Shown one piece after another: positions 12,911 through 25,960 of a DNA stretch of 64,000 nt. Numbering within the stretch: position 1 is the first letter of the stretch; each line of letters begins with the position of its first letter. The notes below the pieces were generated by a model. It ran no database searches. It was not told the DNA's origin and saw only the letters and a program-made list of their open reading frames with translations. The translations under genes and the position numbers were made by a program. The DNA comes from Octopus sinensis (Eukaryota). Location of the stretch: assembly GCF_006345805.1 (NCBI RefSeq), contig NC_043020.1, forward strand, positions 25,296,001-25,360,000. Reading direction: 5' to 3'.

Positions 12911-13225
12911 TATTTGACTAAAAGATAACGTTGCTCACACACAGCACAGCAGTGGTGGTCATGCTGCGCCGAGCGGTTGGCGAACTGTTTTAAGTGACCT
13001 TTTAGACAAACATCTTACATGTATGTGTGTGTTTGTGTGCGTGCGTGTGTGCGCGGTAGCGTGCGTGTGTGTCTATGTGTACGTATGAGTATTCATTGTT
13101 GTTATTGCTGTTGTTTAAAATTAGGTCAGTTGTTACCGAGCTAAGGTGGTAGTGTCGTCGACATCGCTAACGCCACCAACTTCTTTACTATTATCAATAT
13201 TATTATTAGTAGTAGTAGCAGTAGC

Positions 13226-13286
<61 letters not shown>

Positions 13287-13503
13287 AGGCAGCGAGCTGA
13301 CAGAATCGTTAGCACGCTGGACGAAATGCTGGGCGTTATTTCGTCTGTCTTTGTGTTCTGAATTCAAATTCCACCGAAGTCGACTTTGCCTTTCATTTTT
13401 TCGGGGTCGATTAAATAAGTACCAGTTACGCACTGGGATTGGTATAATCGGCTAGCCCCCTTACCCCCAAATTTTCAAGGCCTTGTGTCAAGATTTGAAA
13501 CCC
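13287..13503 (+). mobile_element. tRNA-derived SINE, family A
   Basis: ggcagcgagctgacagaatcgttagc...gaattcaaattcc...aaataagtaccagtt...aaatttgaaac-like end; starts directly after (GTA)n. Confidence 0.8.
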
Positions 13504-13593
13504 ATATTGATGTTGTTATTGTTGTTGGGTGTTATTGCTGGTTTTGTTATTGTTTTATTGCAGTCAGCGTCACCAATGTCACAGCCGTAACTG

Positions 13594-14105
13594 TTGCGGC
13601 GGCTGCGGTGGCGGCGGCTGCGGTGGCGTCGACGGTGGCGGTGGCGTCGGCGGTGGCGGTGGTGTCGGCGGTGGCGGTGGCGGTGGCGGTGGCGTCGGCG
13701 GTGGCGGTGGTGTCGGCGGTGGCGGTGGTGTCGGCGGTGGCGGTGGCGGTGGCGGTGGCGTCGGCGGTGGCGGTGGCGTCGGCGGTGGCGGTGGTGTCGG
13801 CGGTGGTGGTGGTGTCGGCGGTGGCGGTGGCGGTGGCGGTGGCGTCGGCGGTGGCGGTGGTGTCGGCGGTGGCGGTGGTGTCGGCGGTGGCGGTGGCGGT
13901 GGCGGTGGCGGTGGCGTCGGCGGTGGCGGTGGCGTCGGCGGTGGCGGTGGTGTCGGCGGTGGCGGTGGCGGTGGCGGTGGCGGTGGCGTCGGCGGTGGCG
14001 GTGGTGTCGGCGGTGGCGGTGGTGTCGGCGGTGGCGGTGGCGGTGGCGGTGGCGGTGGCGGTGGCGTCGGCGTCGGCGGTGGTGTCGGCGGTGGCGGTGT
14101 CGGTA
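13594..14105. repeat. GC-rich (GGCGGT)n hexamer array with GGCGTC/GGTGTC variants
   Basis: Seen directly; about 510 bp, CpG-dense and stop-free. Confidence 0.95.
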
Positions 14106-14469
14106 ATGGTGAACGTATGGGTAATTGTTCTTCTTACTGTAATTGTTGTTGTGGCTCGTTTGTGCGTATTTTTTTTTATTTCTCCCTTCCCATCCCCCTC
14201 CAAATTTCTATCATTTAAAGTTAATTGAATTCCTTTGTCATCCATCCACCATTTACAATAGGATGTCAGTGTCGTCTGCAATACATTGGCTTCATACGTG
14301 TGTTTGTGAGAGAGAGGGGGAGGGAGAGAGAAGGACAGAGAGTGTATGTGTGTGTGCCTGTGGGTGTGTGTATCTGTGTGATGGTGTGCTTTTGTATGTG
14401 TATTCGTATTCGTGTGTGGATTTGTATGAATGTGTATGTGCTTAAACATACTCGTACAGGTAGACAAAC

Positions 14470-14578
14470 AGGCTCGAAACGTAAAAGACTTTTTCTATTC
14501 CTGAGCGTTATACTAATACATCTGTTTGTTTTGTACACCACCTGTCTTCGTCTTTTGTTTTTTTCGTAAACTTTCCCT
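14470..14578 (+). mobile_element. Truncated Penelope-pLTR-like fragment (gctcgaaacgt family)
   Basis: aggctcgaaacgtaaaagac...ttcctgagcgttatactaatacatctgtttg nearly matches 44511-44575; followed by (GACA)n/(GATA)n. Confidence 0.6.
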
Positions 14579-14619
14579 ATAGATAAATAGATACACAGAC
14601 AGACAGACAGACAGACATT

Positions 14620-14726
<107 letters not shown>

Positions 14727-15869
14727 TCATTCATACATACATACATCTATACATATATCTATCTATCTTTCAATCTAACTGCCTGTCTATCAATGAAGCA
14801 AGAAAGCAATACCTCAAAGAAATAAAGTCAATGGTAATGTAAATATTCAGCCAACACCGAGCACAATTTCCTCTTAACGACCTCAGCAGCGTCTATCCAG
14901 ACACCGATATGTGGTTTTTCGGAATTTGTCATTACAAACGATAAAGATTTAAGAATTGCTTAGTTTTATTAGAAATTTCAACATCAGTGGGAATATAAGC
15001 CAATATTTCCTTTGTAAGAAGATCGGTCGTGGCTTTTAATCTTCATCAACATCATACGAGACGTGGATTGTAGCACTCGAGAAACGTCTCCAGTCAGAAT
15101 GCGAACTCAGCAACTGTCTCGGTCAAGTTTGCGAACATGGAAACAAAATGTATGACTAGGATAAACTAATGAACCTGAGGGAATAGATGAAATAAAACCT
15201 GACTGAGATTTCTCTTTAAAGAACGTTAGGAAATCTTTCTTCTTACTACAATAAAAGGAAAATACAGGTCAGCTTACAGAGTAAGTTTCACAATAGATAT
15301 TTAAATCAAAAGAAATAAGCCACATTCAAAACTTGGCGTGTTGTACTGCAACAGATTGAAGATTAGCTTCTTATAGTCCAGGAGCAAAACATTTCTGCGA
15401 GACACCTTCTACACAAAAGACAGAACTCATTAGCTGACAACTGAAATGATTATGGTAAACTAAAACCAAAGAATCACATTATTGGCTGTTGTCAAAGACT
15501 GTCTTCTAGTTATTGCCTGTCTGTAAGGTATGAACTAGTGACCACAACAATCTGAAATAAAGTGAGGTTCAGCAACTAATAGAGATAAATATGTGAAGAC
15601 CGATGGCTTCGCAGAATATTAGTGGGTCTTATAAATATAAGATCTGTAACCAAATTAAATGACCGATCAGATATTGTTTGGGACAGGAAAATAAGGACAT
15701 GAGCTTTTGTGGAAGTCAATGTCAGTACAAAAATACATCGATTATGTGATCACGTGACCGATCAGACTACCAGGCGTTGTTAAACGTCGCTTGTCACAAT
15801 GAGCTTTTGCATTGTTTTAACCTTCGAATGACACCACCCCGCCGACTAGGCGAGCAGGCCAACATTTCC

Positions 15870-15990
15870 CACTGATCGAAAGAGGGACTGGAGCAACGTG
15901 AGATATGGTGTTTTGCTCAAGAATACAATGCGCCTCCCGGTCTGGGAATCGTGAATGGAGCAGCCTAACCACTAGGCCACGCGCTTTCAT
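15870..15990 (-). mobile_element. tRNA-derived SINE, family B (cttgagcaa body)
   Basis: Reverse complement reads gcgcgtggcctagtggttagg...cattgtattcttgagcaaaaca; related to 34285, 39130 and 51595. Confidence 0.65.
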
Positions 15991-16243
15991 ATCGATTATG
16001 CATTGATAAGAAATTTGCCAGTCCAGTATCGAAAATATACTTCCAGCTTCATTTCCATTATTTCTGCAGCGACTGAATATATACCAAAGTATTTGGCTCA
16101 AAGTGGGGCAATACTTGAATTTTTGAAGAAGAAACGTTGCTCCATCATTCATACACTACACATAATTACAATATCTAGGATAATGAAAATACGCAAGACC
16201 TTTTTAAATTCTCAAGGGTGAAGGGTTGCACAAAGTCTGACCG

Positions 16244-16410
16244 GAAATTTTGGGGGCGGAAACTAGCCAATTACATCGACCCTCGAAACGATGAAAGGCA
16301 AAAATCAATCTCGTGGGAATTTGGACTCAGAAAGTAAAGACGGATTAAATGCCACTAAGCCTTTTGTCTGGTATGCTAGGGGTTCTGCCAGCTCACCGCT
16401 TCCCCACCGC
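16244..16410 (-). mobile_element. tRNA-derived SINE, family A (internally deleted)
   Basis: Reverse complement begins gcggtgagctggcagaacccctagc; homologous to 13287. Confidence 0.65.
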
Positions 16411-17070
16411 CACCACATTAAATGGAGTAGATGCTGCACTGGTAGAGAAACAAATAAGAACTTGTCACGGCTGTGGAAGGCCTTTAACCAGAAGTGTATT
16501 CAGGTCTTTCCTAAGGGTAAACAACAACAAGATCAGAGCTTCTATGTTTTAATTCCATCTACAAGCGATCCTCAGCCGTTTTCTTCAAACATTCGCAAGT
16601 TTTTTTGTTTTTCTCACATGGCCGTTTGGGAACTTATATCTCTGCGGCGTTTATGAAAGATATCGTGGTGGATGCTGGTGAGAGATATGTGGCGTTGTAG
16701 TATCGCAGGTATAACGGTGTTGAATGTCGATTGGGGGGGGGGATAGTGGAGACGGTGGGGAAGCAGAGAGTCAGCTTGAAACGATCAAGCAAACAGATAA
16801 ACGTTGTCAGGTTTGAAGACATTTCTAGAGACAAGCTAAATATTTTGTTAGCTTTAAAATTACTGTCATGTACTTCCTGTCTACATCACTTTTCTTTTGT
16901 TTCCCTCCTCACACACACACACGCTCACACACACACGCTCACACACACACGCACACACACACAGGCGTATATTATGTATGTGTGTGTATATGTACGTATG
17001 TATCAATATATGCATACAAACAAATATATACATAAATACATCTTTGCATGTATATGTGTGTGTATATATA

Positions 17071-17113
<43 letters not shown>

Positions 17114-17132
17114 TTTACATAAATATATATGG

Positions 17133-17177
<45 letters not shown>

Positions 17178-17280
17178 TATATATAAATTATTCTTTTATT
17201 CTTTAAGATATATATACACATACTAATTTATAGTATACACACACATATATATATACACATAAACACATACACATATATAG

Positions 17281-17311
<31 letters not shown>

Positions 17312-18064
17312 CATACATACATACATACATACATACATACATCTACCTATACATATTCTGTTTGTATTTATTCGGCTAAGAGAAGCCAGCTTAATGTGAA
17401 GCAACCAATTATTTTACCATTATTCGACGGAAGATGGGGAGGGAGAGCAAAAAAAGGGACAAATACAAAGCAACAACAAGAATAACAGCAATAGGAAGGA
17501 CATTAACAAATACAACAATACGATAACGGCGGAGAGCAGAGAAAGAAGTTTCGAAGATAGAAACGCAGAGGAAAAAAACAACAGCAACAATTATTCAACA
17601 ACAACAGCAAGAACATCAGCTACAACAGAGATTATAGTAACAACAAGAACAACAGCAACAACAACAGCAACACACAACAGGAAATAAAAGAACAGAACAT
17701 CAACAGCAACGACAACAACAACAACAGCGTTAAAAGTCGATCAGGATCAAGAGATGATGTTTTTGTGGACGGCATATTAGGTCTGCAGATAGATTCATAC
17801 ATACATACATACATACATACATACATACATACATACATACATACATACATACATACATACATACATGTATATGTATATGTCTGCTATAATGAATCTATAA
17901 ACACATATAAAACATCCAGGGGTATATTTTTTCCCCTCTGAAGATATTATGCTCGGGTCATATAAATTTAATATTTACTTAATAATTACTGAGTATTAAT
18001 TGAAATTCGCTGTTGATAATAAACAATTATTAACTTCCCAATCTCCATTTTCTTTTTCTTCATT

Positions 18065-18109
<45 letters not shown>

Positions 18110-18236
18110 AATAAGGGATTACCCCAAACGTTTACCTCTCAGTAGGGTATTCAAAATAAGTTATTCAACAGTTAATATATAAATCCAATAGTATTTGATG
18201 CAGTTGAAGCATGTCTATGTAAAGCTGTATATATAC

Positions 18237-18427
18237 ACCCAGAACCACACTAACAGATAGAATTGAAATTTAGGATTTCTTGGTTTTCAGTGAATCGATT
18301 TTTATAAAACTTTTCTCAGCTGGTCTGCACACTATGGCAACACCATTGTTATGTTTTCATTATTCAGTGTAACGTCCTTTCTTTTTTATTTCAGATTTTT
18401 CAGGAGTTTTTTTTTTTTTTTTTTTTG

Positions 18428-18464
<37 letters not shown>

Positions 18465-19410
18465 CCACGCTAATAGCTTTTGAATGGAAATAGCCCATTG
18501 TTTTGGCAAAACATGAGGGGTAATGATAAATATTAAACATATATTGAGTATATACTTAACAGAAAACAATAATAATATTATAGCATTATTGACATAATGA
18601 ATTATTTAGTCACATGATCACGTGTGACACCTAAGGGATTTAAGGAAAATCGGCCGCAAGTTACGAGGGAAATCTGGATAAACAAGCAAAGCCATTTCCC
18701 CTGCCTCTAGACTTCCTCATGTACCGAAAATCACTAGAAATCGCATCCTCGGGACCATGGCTTCTGTGCGAGAACCCCTAAAACTGCCTCCTCACAGGAG
18801 TTTGAGGCTTCAATGGGTCCAGAAGTACATGACGTTAGACATGGGTTATATTCTGTTCACTGATGAAACTTGGGCGACCCTTGACAAGCCTGGGTAAATG
18901 GTTGGGTTTGTTTTGGAGATGAGCCTCACCAACATTTACAGCATCAACAACAAGGTGGAGGAGTCATGTTGTGGGTTGGTATCATTGGGGACAGACTTGT
19001 TGGCCAAGTCAGGGTGCCTGAAGGGGTTAAAGTGACTACAGCTGCCTACTGCAATCCCCTGAAGGAGATCTTGGATCCCTGGCTAGATGACATACTGCTG
19101 TCACTTCTAAGGAATCTTGCATTTGTGCACAACTTCACTCCCTTCCACTCTGCTAGGACCACCCAAACATTCCTAGGGTGTGAAAGGTTGTGTGGCCGCC
19201 AGAATCTCCGGGTCTCAACCCTATCGAAAATCATTAATCCATCATTAAACAAAATGTTTATGACGATGGACGCCAACTTACGGCGATAGATGTCTTATGG
19301 GCGACCATCAAAACTGCAATATGCTTAATATGTATCATTTTCTGGGAAAAAAGAACAAATGTCTAGATGAACTATTTTCATTCAAAAGCTATTAGCGTGG
19401 TTCTGGGTGG
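18237..19410 (+). mobile_element. Tc1/mariner DNA transposon relic
   Basis: Transposase remnants FTDETWATLD, QQGGGVMLWVGI, FVHNFTPFHSAR (18860-19290). Inverted repeat 18463-18493 vs 19372-19402 (1 mismatch in 31), extending inward degenerately. cacccagaaccac at 18237 matches the outer right end. Confidence 0.8.
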
Positions 19411-20032
19411 ATAAAGAGAATTAAAGGTAATGCTATGAAACTTCGTAATAATCCTTATTATTATTGTTGGTGGTGGTATATATATATATATACATACATA
19501 CATATCATCAATCAATATCTATAAATCTGAAATGCGAAAAGTTTGTTTGTCTGGTTTTGGCATTGGAACGTGTTAAAGGCCACTTTGACTCCAAAATTTA
19601 CAGGGACATGTAAAACGAGGTGAGGATATGAGTGGACTAGGTTAGAAATCACTATCTTAAAAGGTGTGGTTACTAGGGCAAAAAATGCACACTTTGACAG
19701 TCTTCTCTCATTCTTTTATGTGTCTGTCTTCCTCCCTCCCTCTCTCTTCCCTCCCTTCCTTTCAATTTCTCTCTATAACGTCGTTTGACAGTGTATACTA
19801 TCTTTCCCCCACCGCCTTCACCAGCGCTGTCACTCTTCCCCCCAACTCTCTCTCTCTCTCTCTCAACGTCTGTCTGCATTCCTAGAGAGAATTATTATCG
19901 CCACCACCATCACACAATCATGAGAACAAATATTATGAATCAGATATTTATTGGGTTAATTTATGTGTGTGTGTTCTATATATAAATATGTATATATATA
20001 ATGTATATATACAAAGTGTATATACCGGAGTA

Positions 20033-20164
20033 AACACATAAATGTGAAACAAGATGGAAAAAAAGAGTACTCAAATACCAGTGGTAGAGTAATATGCTTT
20101 ATTTAAAGCAGCAGAAAATTCTACAAAGCCTGGTTTTGTAGAATTTTCTGCTGCTTTAAATAAA
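20033..20164. mobile_element. Foldback element with 30-bp perfect inverted repeat, pLTR-like tail on the minus strand
   Basis: Arms 20098-20127 and 20135-20164, 7-nt spacer; tail motifs shared with 31417-31500. Confidence 0.7.
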
Positions 20165-20232
20165 ACCCTTTGACTGCTATTTCTAAATTCGGTATGTGGT
20201 AAGGCAATTCGTTGCTAAACCCTTATTGCTTA

Positions 20233-20269
<37 letters not shown>

Positions 20270-21224
20270 GTATACATTTGTATATATAATGCGTATATAT
20301 GTACATATATATATATTTAATGCGTATATATATATATAATGTGTGCATTATGTGGTCGGTTGAGCTGAAAATATGCATACCTATGTTAAAAGTTTGCATG
20401 GCAACTATTTTTTTCCTCAAATGAAAGGCGTCACCTCTAGGACAAAATTCCTCATCTTATAAAATGTGGCCCCAGTAGACCCGAATGAAATCGGGTTATA
20501 TTAACCAAAATGTGAAAAGGGGTCTAAATGGGGTTGGAAGGGGATTAAAATTTACAGGAGCAGATGTTTAGGAATTCTCTGTTACATCAAGCTAAAAAAT
20601 TAGCGCCAGCCTTTAAATCTTCAATGTGTTGCCGTCCATGATGAAGAAGTTTTGAATGCTTGCCATGGTGAGTCTACTGTCGTGAGAAAGAATCACTTCA
20701 AAACTTGGTGTTTACGAATTTTCTTTTACATCAAGTTCAAAATTTTACGCCAGCCGTTAAACTGCATCTGCGTTGCTGTCCGTCGTTAAGAAATGCCAGC
20801 CATGGTGACTCTACTATCCTCAGATTCTATCCCTTCAAACTTTGGTTTTCAATATTTTATATTTTTATTCAGCTCGCAAGTTCGTCTGTCCCTTTTAAAT
20901 GTTAGTGTTTTGCTGTCTGCCTTGAAGCAGACCTTTCCGTTGTCACTGCCTGATATTTATGATTGATCTTTCAAAATATTTTCTTTCTCAACTTACTCAA
21001 GATCTTTTGTTGTTTATAAATGGGAGAGAGATAGATATAGAAAGATAGAGAATAAGAGAAAGCGAGGGAGAGTCCGAGATAAAGGAAGAGTTAGAGAGTA
21101 GGAAAGTGAGAGAGAAAGGAGAGAGAAACAAAGAGGGAGAATGTGGTGATAAAAAACAGAAAGGAAGCAACAGAAAGTAACAACCACACTCTTACCCGCG
21201 CGTAGAGCGGGTCACCTAGGCTAG

Positions 21225-21262
<38 letters not shown>

Positions 21263-21274
21263 AGAGAGAGAGAG

Positions 21275-21326
<52 letters not shown>

Positions 21327-21397
21327 TGATAGATAGATAGATACATACATACATGCATACATACATACATACATACATACATACATACATACATACA

Positions 21398-21429
<32 letters not shown>

Positions 21430-21620
21430 GGGAGAAAGAGAGAGAGAGAGAGTGACAGGTATGAGAACTTACATTCAAGACTTAAATTTCTGAATCAACA
21501 CTTCAGTGATTGGTGCTCTTCATCAGAACACTTGGTGCGTCAATGACAAAAAATCAACAAAACAAAATCACCTCTATCCCAACAATATTGAGCTCTGACT
21601 CTTTTGGACGACACAGTTTC

Positions 21621-21671
<51 letters not shown>

Positions 21672-21804
21672 CTTTCTCTCTCTCTCTCTATATATATTAT
21701 ATATATTATATATATAAAAATATATATATATTTTATATATATAATATATATATATTATATATATATATATATATATCTTTCTATCTAGCTAGCTAGCTAT
21801 CTCT

Positions 21805-21840
<36 letters not shown>

Positions 21841-21904
21841 TGGTTAGCATCCAAGCATCTCGTTCTTGGTCTACTCGCTTGAAGAAAGTCTTGTGATTAT
21901 TTAC

Positions 21905-22440
21905 CGTGACATTGAAATCACATGTCTGTAATACCGAACAGCGACCTCTCAATTCGAAAATGTAGATGCTCAACCTGGAGAGACTCCCTGATCTGCGCCA
22001 CACTAACCCTGTCGAATAATGTTATTCCAGAGATCCTTCAGAAGAACCCCATGTCGTCCGATTGTATCCACGATCATAATTTTTCAATCATTACCCAACA
22101 TACATGATTACAAATAAAGAGAGGCACCGAAAGCGAATTGAAGATAGCAAGTTTGGCATTTTAACCATCCTCTCCTCTTCAGAGAATCGAATGCTGGAAC
22201 TGGCACATTATTGTGCCAGCACCTGCAATTCTAGCATCCAATTTAGCCCCCAGCTTTCCATCACACGCACGTACGATCCGGAGATCATATTTAAATTTCT
22301 CCACTTGTCTCAGTGATGTGCCGCTAACGTACAGAGCGCACTGGGAAGAATTTCTTGAGAGGACCGACGTTTCAGTCTTTGCAACACGTATTCTCATCCC
22401 TCGCCTTGCAGCAATCGGCAGCGAACCCTTTCTGTGCATG
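21905..22440 (-). mobile_element. RTE-clade LINE RT/C-terminal fragment, decayed
   Basis: KTETSVLSRNSSQCALYVSGTSLRQVEKFKY...DGKLGAKLDARIAGAGTIM; a ~55-bp segment (22337) is duplicated at ~22447. Confidence 0.75.
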
Positions 22441-23027
22441 CTAGAGTTTATATGACAAACCAAGTAGCACTGGGAAGACTTTCTGGAGAGGACCGATGTC
22501 TTAATCCTCGCAACATGTATGCATGTATTTGTGTATGTAGCCATGTGTGTGTGTGTGTGTATGTGTGTGCGTGCGCTATGTGTATCCGTATGCATGTTAT
22601 ATATTATTAGCGATTAAGGGTCAACTTAGATGGGTGAGTGAACTCAATAAAAATGTTTTCAAATAATAAACATCTTCATAAATTAAAGTACGAATGAATT
22701 AAATTAAATGCTCTATGTTGTATAAAAATTACCTCAAATATTTTCTTTATCCTGCTTGCCACATCAGTTCGAATGTTACCCTTTAAACAAATTTGACTAT
22801 TAACTATGGAATGAAATCGAAGACATGATTTGATCATGAATAAAATTGACTGATGAATAAAATTGGAAGGAAGGCAATTTCTATGGAACTTTTATCCAAA
22901 ATTCGTATTTATAAAGAATATTCCAACAGGAGATGGAAACTCAACGGTAATCACTCGACTGCAAGTTAAGGCAGCTAAATTTCCTTCAAATCTCACCATA
23001 ACATTTTAAAAAATAGATGGGGATATA

Positions 23028-23066
<39 letters not shown>

Positions 23067-24863
23067 AAAATGTGTTCGTGTGTAGATGTATGGAAGAAAA
23101 GATGAGAAGGCCACGTTTGGAAGGCGTTTGTTCATATGTGTGATCGATTAGTTCGCCTGTGTCTAAACAACAACAAACCAGTTGGAGTACAATCAGGGTG
23201 ACGAACCAGCAGGGACACACTGGGTTGTAGCTTGATTTGTTAGAAATAACAGTCAAATTAATCACACACCGTATTTTTTTAAAAGATGTTAGGCTGGATA
23301 ATGTATGTCTGAAAAGAAGGCGAGATGGTCACCGCTGATTGTATGCTTTCTCGAATAAACAACAACACTCGTCGTGGATCAGTGTGAAATTATGTTCACT
23401 CCGCAACCACAGGCTTCGGGATATATTCAACCATTAATGAGACGGAAGACAATCAAAGCTGGCTTTTACAGTAATAGATATGAGCTTCGTGTGTTTTTTG
23501 TCGAAACGATGAGATCGTTCCTATGGTTAAACTAAAGACTCTACCAATGTAGCAATGCTTTTCTAACACGAATTAGTAAGCATTTACCCACTTGCCACTG
23601 ATATCACAAAATATTCATTAAAACTCTTTTGAGACTTAAAAGGGGAACATAGAATCACAAGTCTCTATATACACAACACAAACAACCCAACTTCAATGTA
23701 ATTGTAGAGAAACAACTAGTTATCCTCTGCATAAAAAATGTGCACAGGACAGACATAGAATCAAGACTCTGCTATAAAAAACGTTATAATAACATATTTC
23801 TCGACTGGAATACTTTAAAGTTTGATACACGCGCCTCACACTCCTGAATCTACATTCGGGAGTAATAATAATGCTACGTTACTTACATTTGGCATACGAG
23901 AGACACAGTAGAAAGGTATCCATCCATACATACATACATGCATACATATATACATATTGAGCGACTTACTCGGATCAATGTAACTCTCCTCGCCCGACTT
24001 CGTGATCGAGGGATGTGGCATAGACGTCTTGCGTGGGCTTTAGTTACACTGGTTTTCGTTAACTGAAATATCTCATCTGCACACGCCACAACTACAGATG
24101 GTGACAGTAAATCGCTAACTGGACTCATTGTCCCAGTTCATTGACAGTTAGTTGTTTGTTCATCCGCCCAAACGTCCAAAGATATTGGCCATTGCTTCAA
24201 TAAGTTCATCTAACGAAATACTTCCCATCCACCATGATTTCAACGTAGCCTGGCTTGGCTGGCTGCAGGTGTTATTCCTCCGAGTTAGAATATATTAGAA
24301 ACAATAATGGCAAGGAGATGGTTCCACACTACTCAGAGCCCTGTAACTCCCGTACAAGACCTTTACTACCGAAAATGTATACTACAATCAAATAAATCAT
24401 TTTTACAGAAGTAAACACTTTATATGCACAGTTGCTATCATCTGCCACACTTGCTGTCATCTTCGACCTTATATACTCATTCTGTCACGTGATATCTTCA
24501 ATACTAGAAAAGAAATTTTTCCTTTTGTCTTCATGCAAACAATTACAAACTTTAAATTTTCAAACGTCTTCTTGTGTCCATATATTGAATTTTTCTTTAT
24601 TGCAAATTATTTGAATCTGTCCTGAGTAATGAAGTAGTCGCCTCCTCTCCAGAAGAATATCATATTGTTTGTGCATACAATACATTATACATATTGTATT
24701 GTATGTAAAATACGATGAACGGAATATATACATAATGAAGAATACAATATAAACAATACAATGTATATAGATAAACAGATAGATACAAAGATAGATAGAT
24801 AGACAGACAGACAGATAGATAAGTAACAAGATAGATAGCTAGGTAGCTAGCTAGCTAGCTAGC

Positions 24864-24949
<86 letters not shown>

Positions 24950-25272
24950 TATGTACAGTTGGTAAGGAATTTGAGCACTGACCCACACACAGATGCACGC
25001 ACACATAGGCAAACACGCATGCACATACCCAGACGGATGCAGAGAGAGAGAAACCGACAAACAGAGCAATAAATACATGAATACACGAAGGTGGCAGTCA
25101 ATTTATATTCTCTCCATATATATTAATGTGCGAGGATAATATTAATCAGCGAGTCTATAATATTATGGTCGTCACAAGACAACGAGTCTCGTGTATTGCT
25201 CAAATACTGAGTAGCCATATTTAATTATGATGAAACTATTAATGATACGAGCGTGATTAATTGATTGTTAGC

Positions 25273-25328
<56 letters not shown>

Positions 25329-25696
25329 GATGTATGTCTATATGCGCTTGGCTGTGAGTGTGATTGCTTCTCTGTGTCTTTGTGTGTTAGCGTTTGCATT
25401 TCTATGATAAATTGATTTGTTAGTTATGGAATTGTATACGTGAGTGAATGTATGCGTGTGGGTGTGTAGGGGGAGGGATAAATTATTTATCATCTAAATC
25501 AGTGTTTCTCGTTATTAATTTATTTACTGTGGCGGCCATGTTTTCTGTAGCGTTCCTGGTGCTGCCATACAATGGGAAAAACCAACAAATCTATTGCGTC
25601 ATTTATAATTTCATTATCATCTCTGTCATACTTGTTATCTTGTCATTATCAGTAGTAGTAGTAGTAGTAGTACTACAGTTTGCTTCATTATTATCC

Positions 25697-25892
25697 AGCA
25701 GATCTGGCAGGATCGCCAACATGCCCGGCAAGATGCTTCGCCTCATTTCGTCCGTCTAGATCATTTAAGTTCAAATTCTGCCGAGGTCGATTTTGCTTTA
25801 CACCTTTTCGGGATAGATTAAATAAGTACCAGTTACGCACTGGGGTCGTTATAATCGACTTAATCTCTTTCCCAAAATTTCAGGCCTTGTGA
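25697..25892 (+). mobile_element. tRNA-derived SINE, family A
   Basis: aagttcaaattctgccgaggtcga...aaataagtaccagttacgcactggggtcg...aaatttcaggccttgtg, followed by (ATT)n. Confidence 0.8.
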
Positions 25893-25893
25893 C

Positions 25894-25956
<63 letters not shown>

Positions 25957-25960
<4 letters not shown>

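Noticed and set aside
13547-14467. 306-aa Ala/Thr/Asp repeat ORF resembling antifreeze or ice-binding proteins
   Set aside because: The hexamer has no stop in any frame, and the N-terminus is (CA)n-derived; no signal peptide or splice support.
18867-18878. CTGATGA followed by AAC (possible hammerhead core)
   Set aside because: It encodes the FTDET motif of the Tc1 transposase; no stems.
21485-21530. Minus-strand CTGATGAAGAGC...GAAA
   Set aside because: No consistent stems I and III could be formed.
23836-24330. Unique-looking stretch with a minus-strand GTAAGT donor and short ORFs
   Set aside because: No convincing acceptor or frame, and no recognisable motif.
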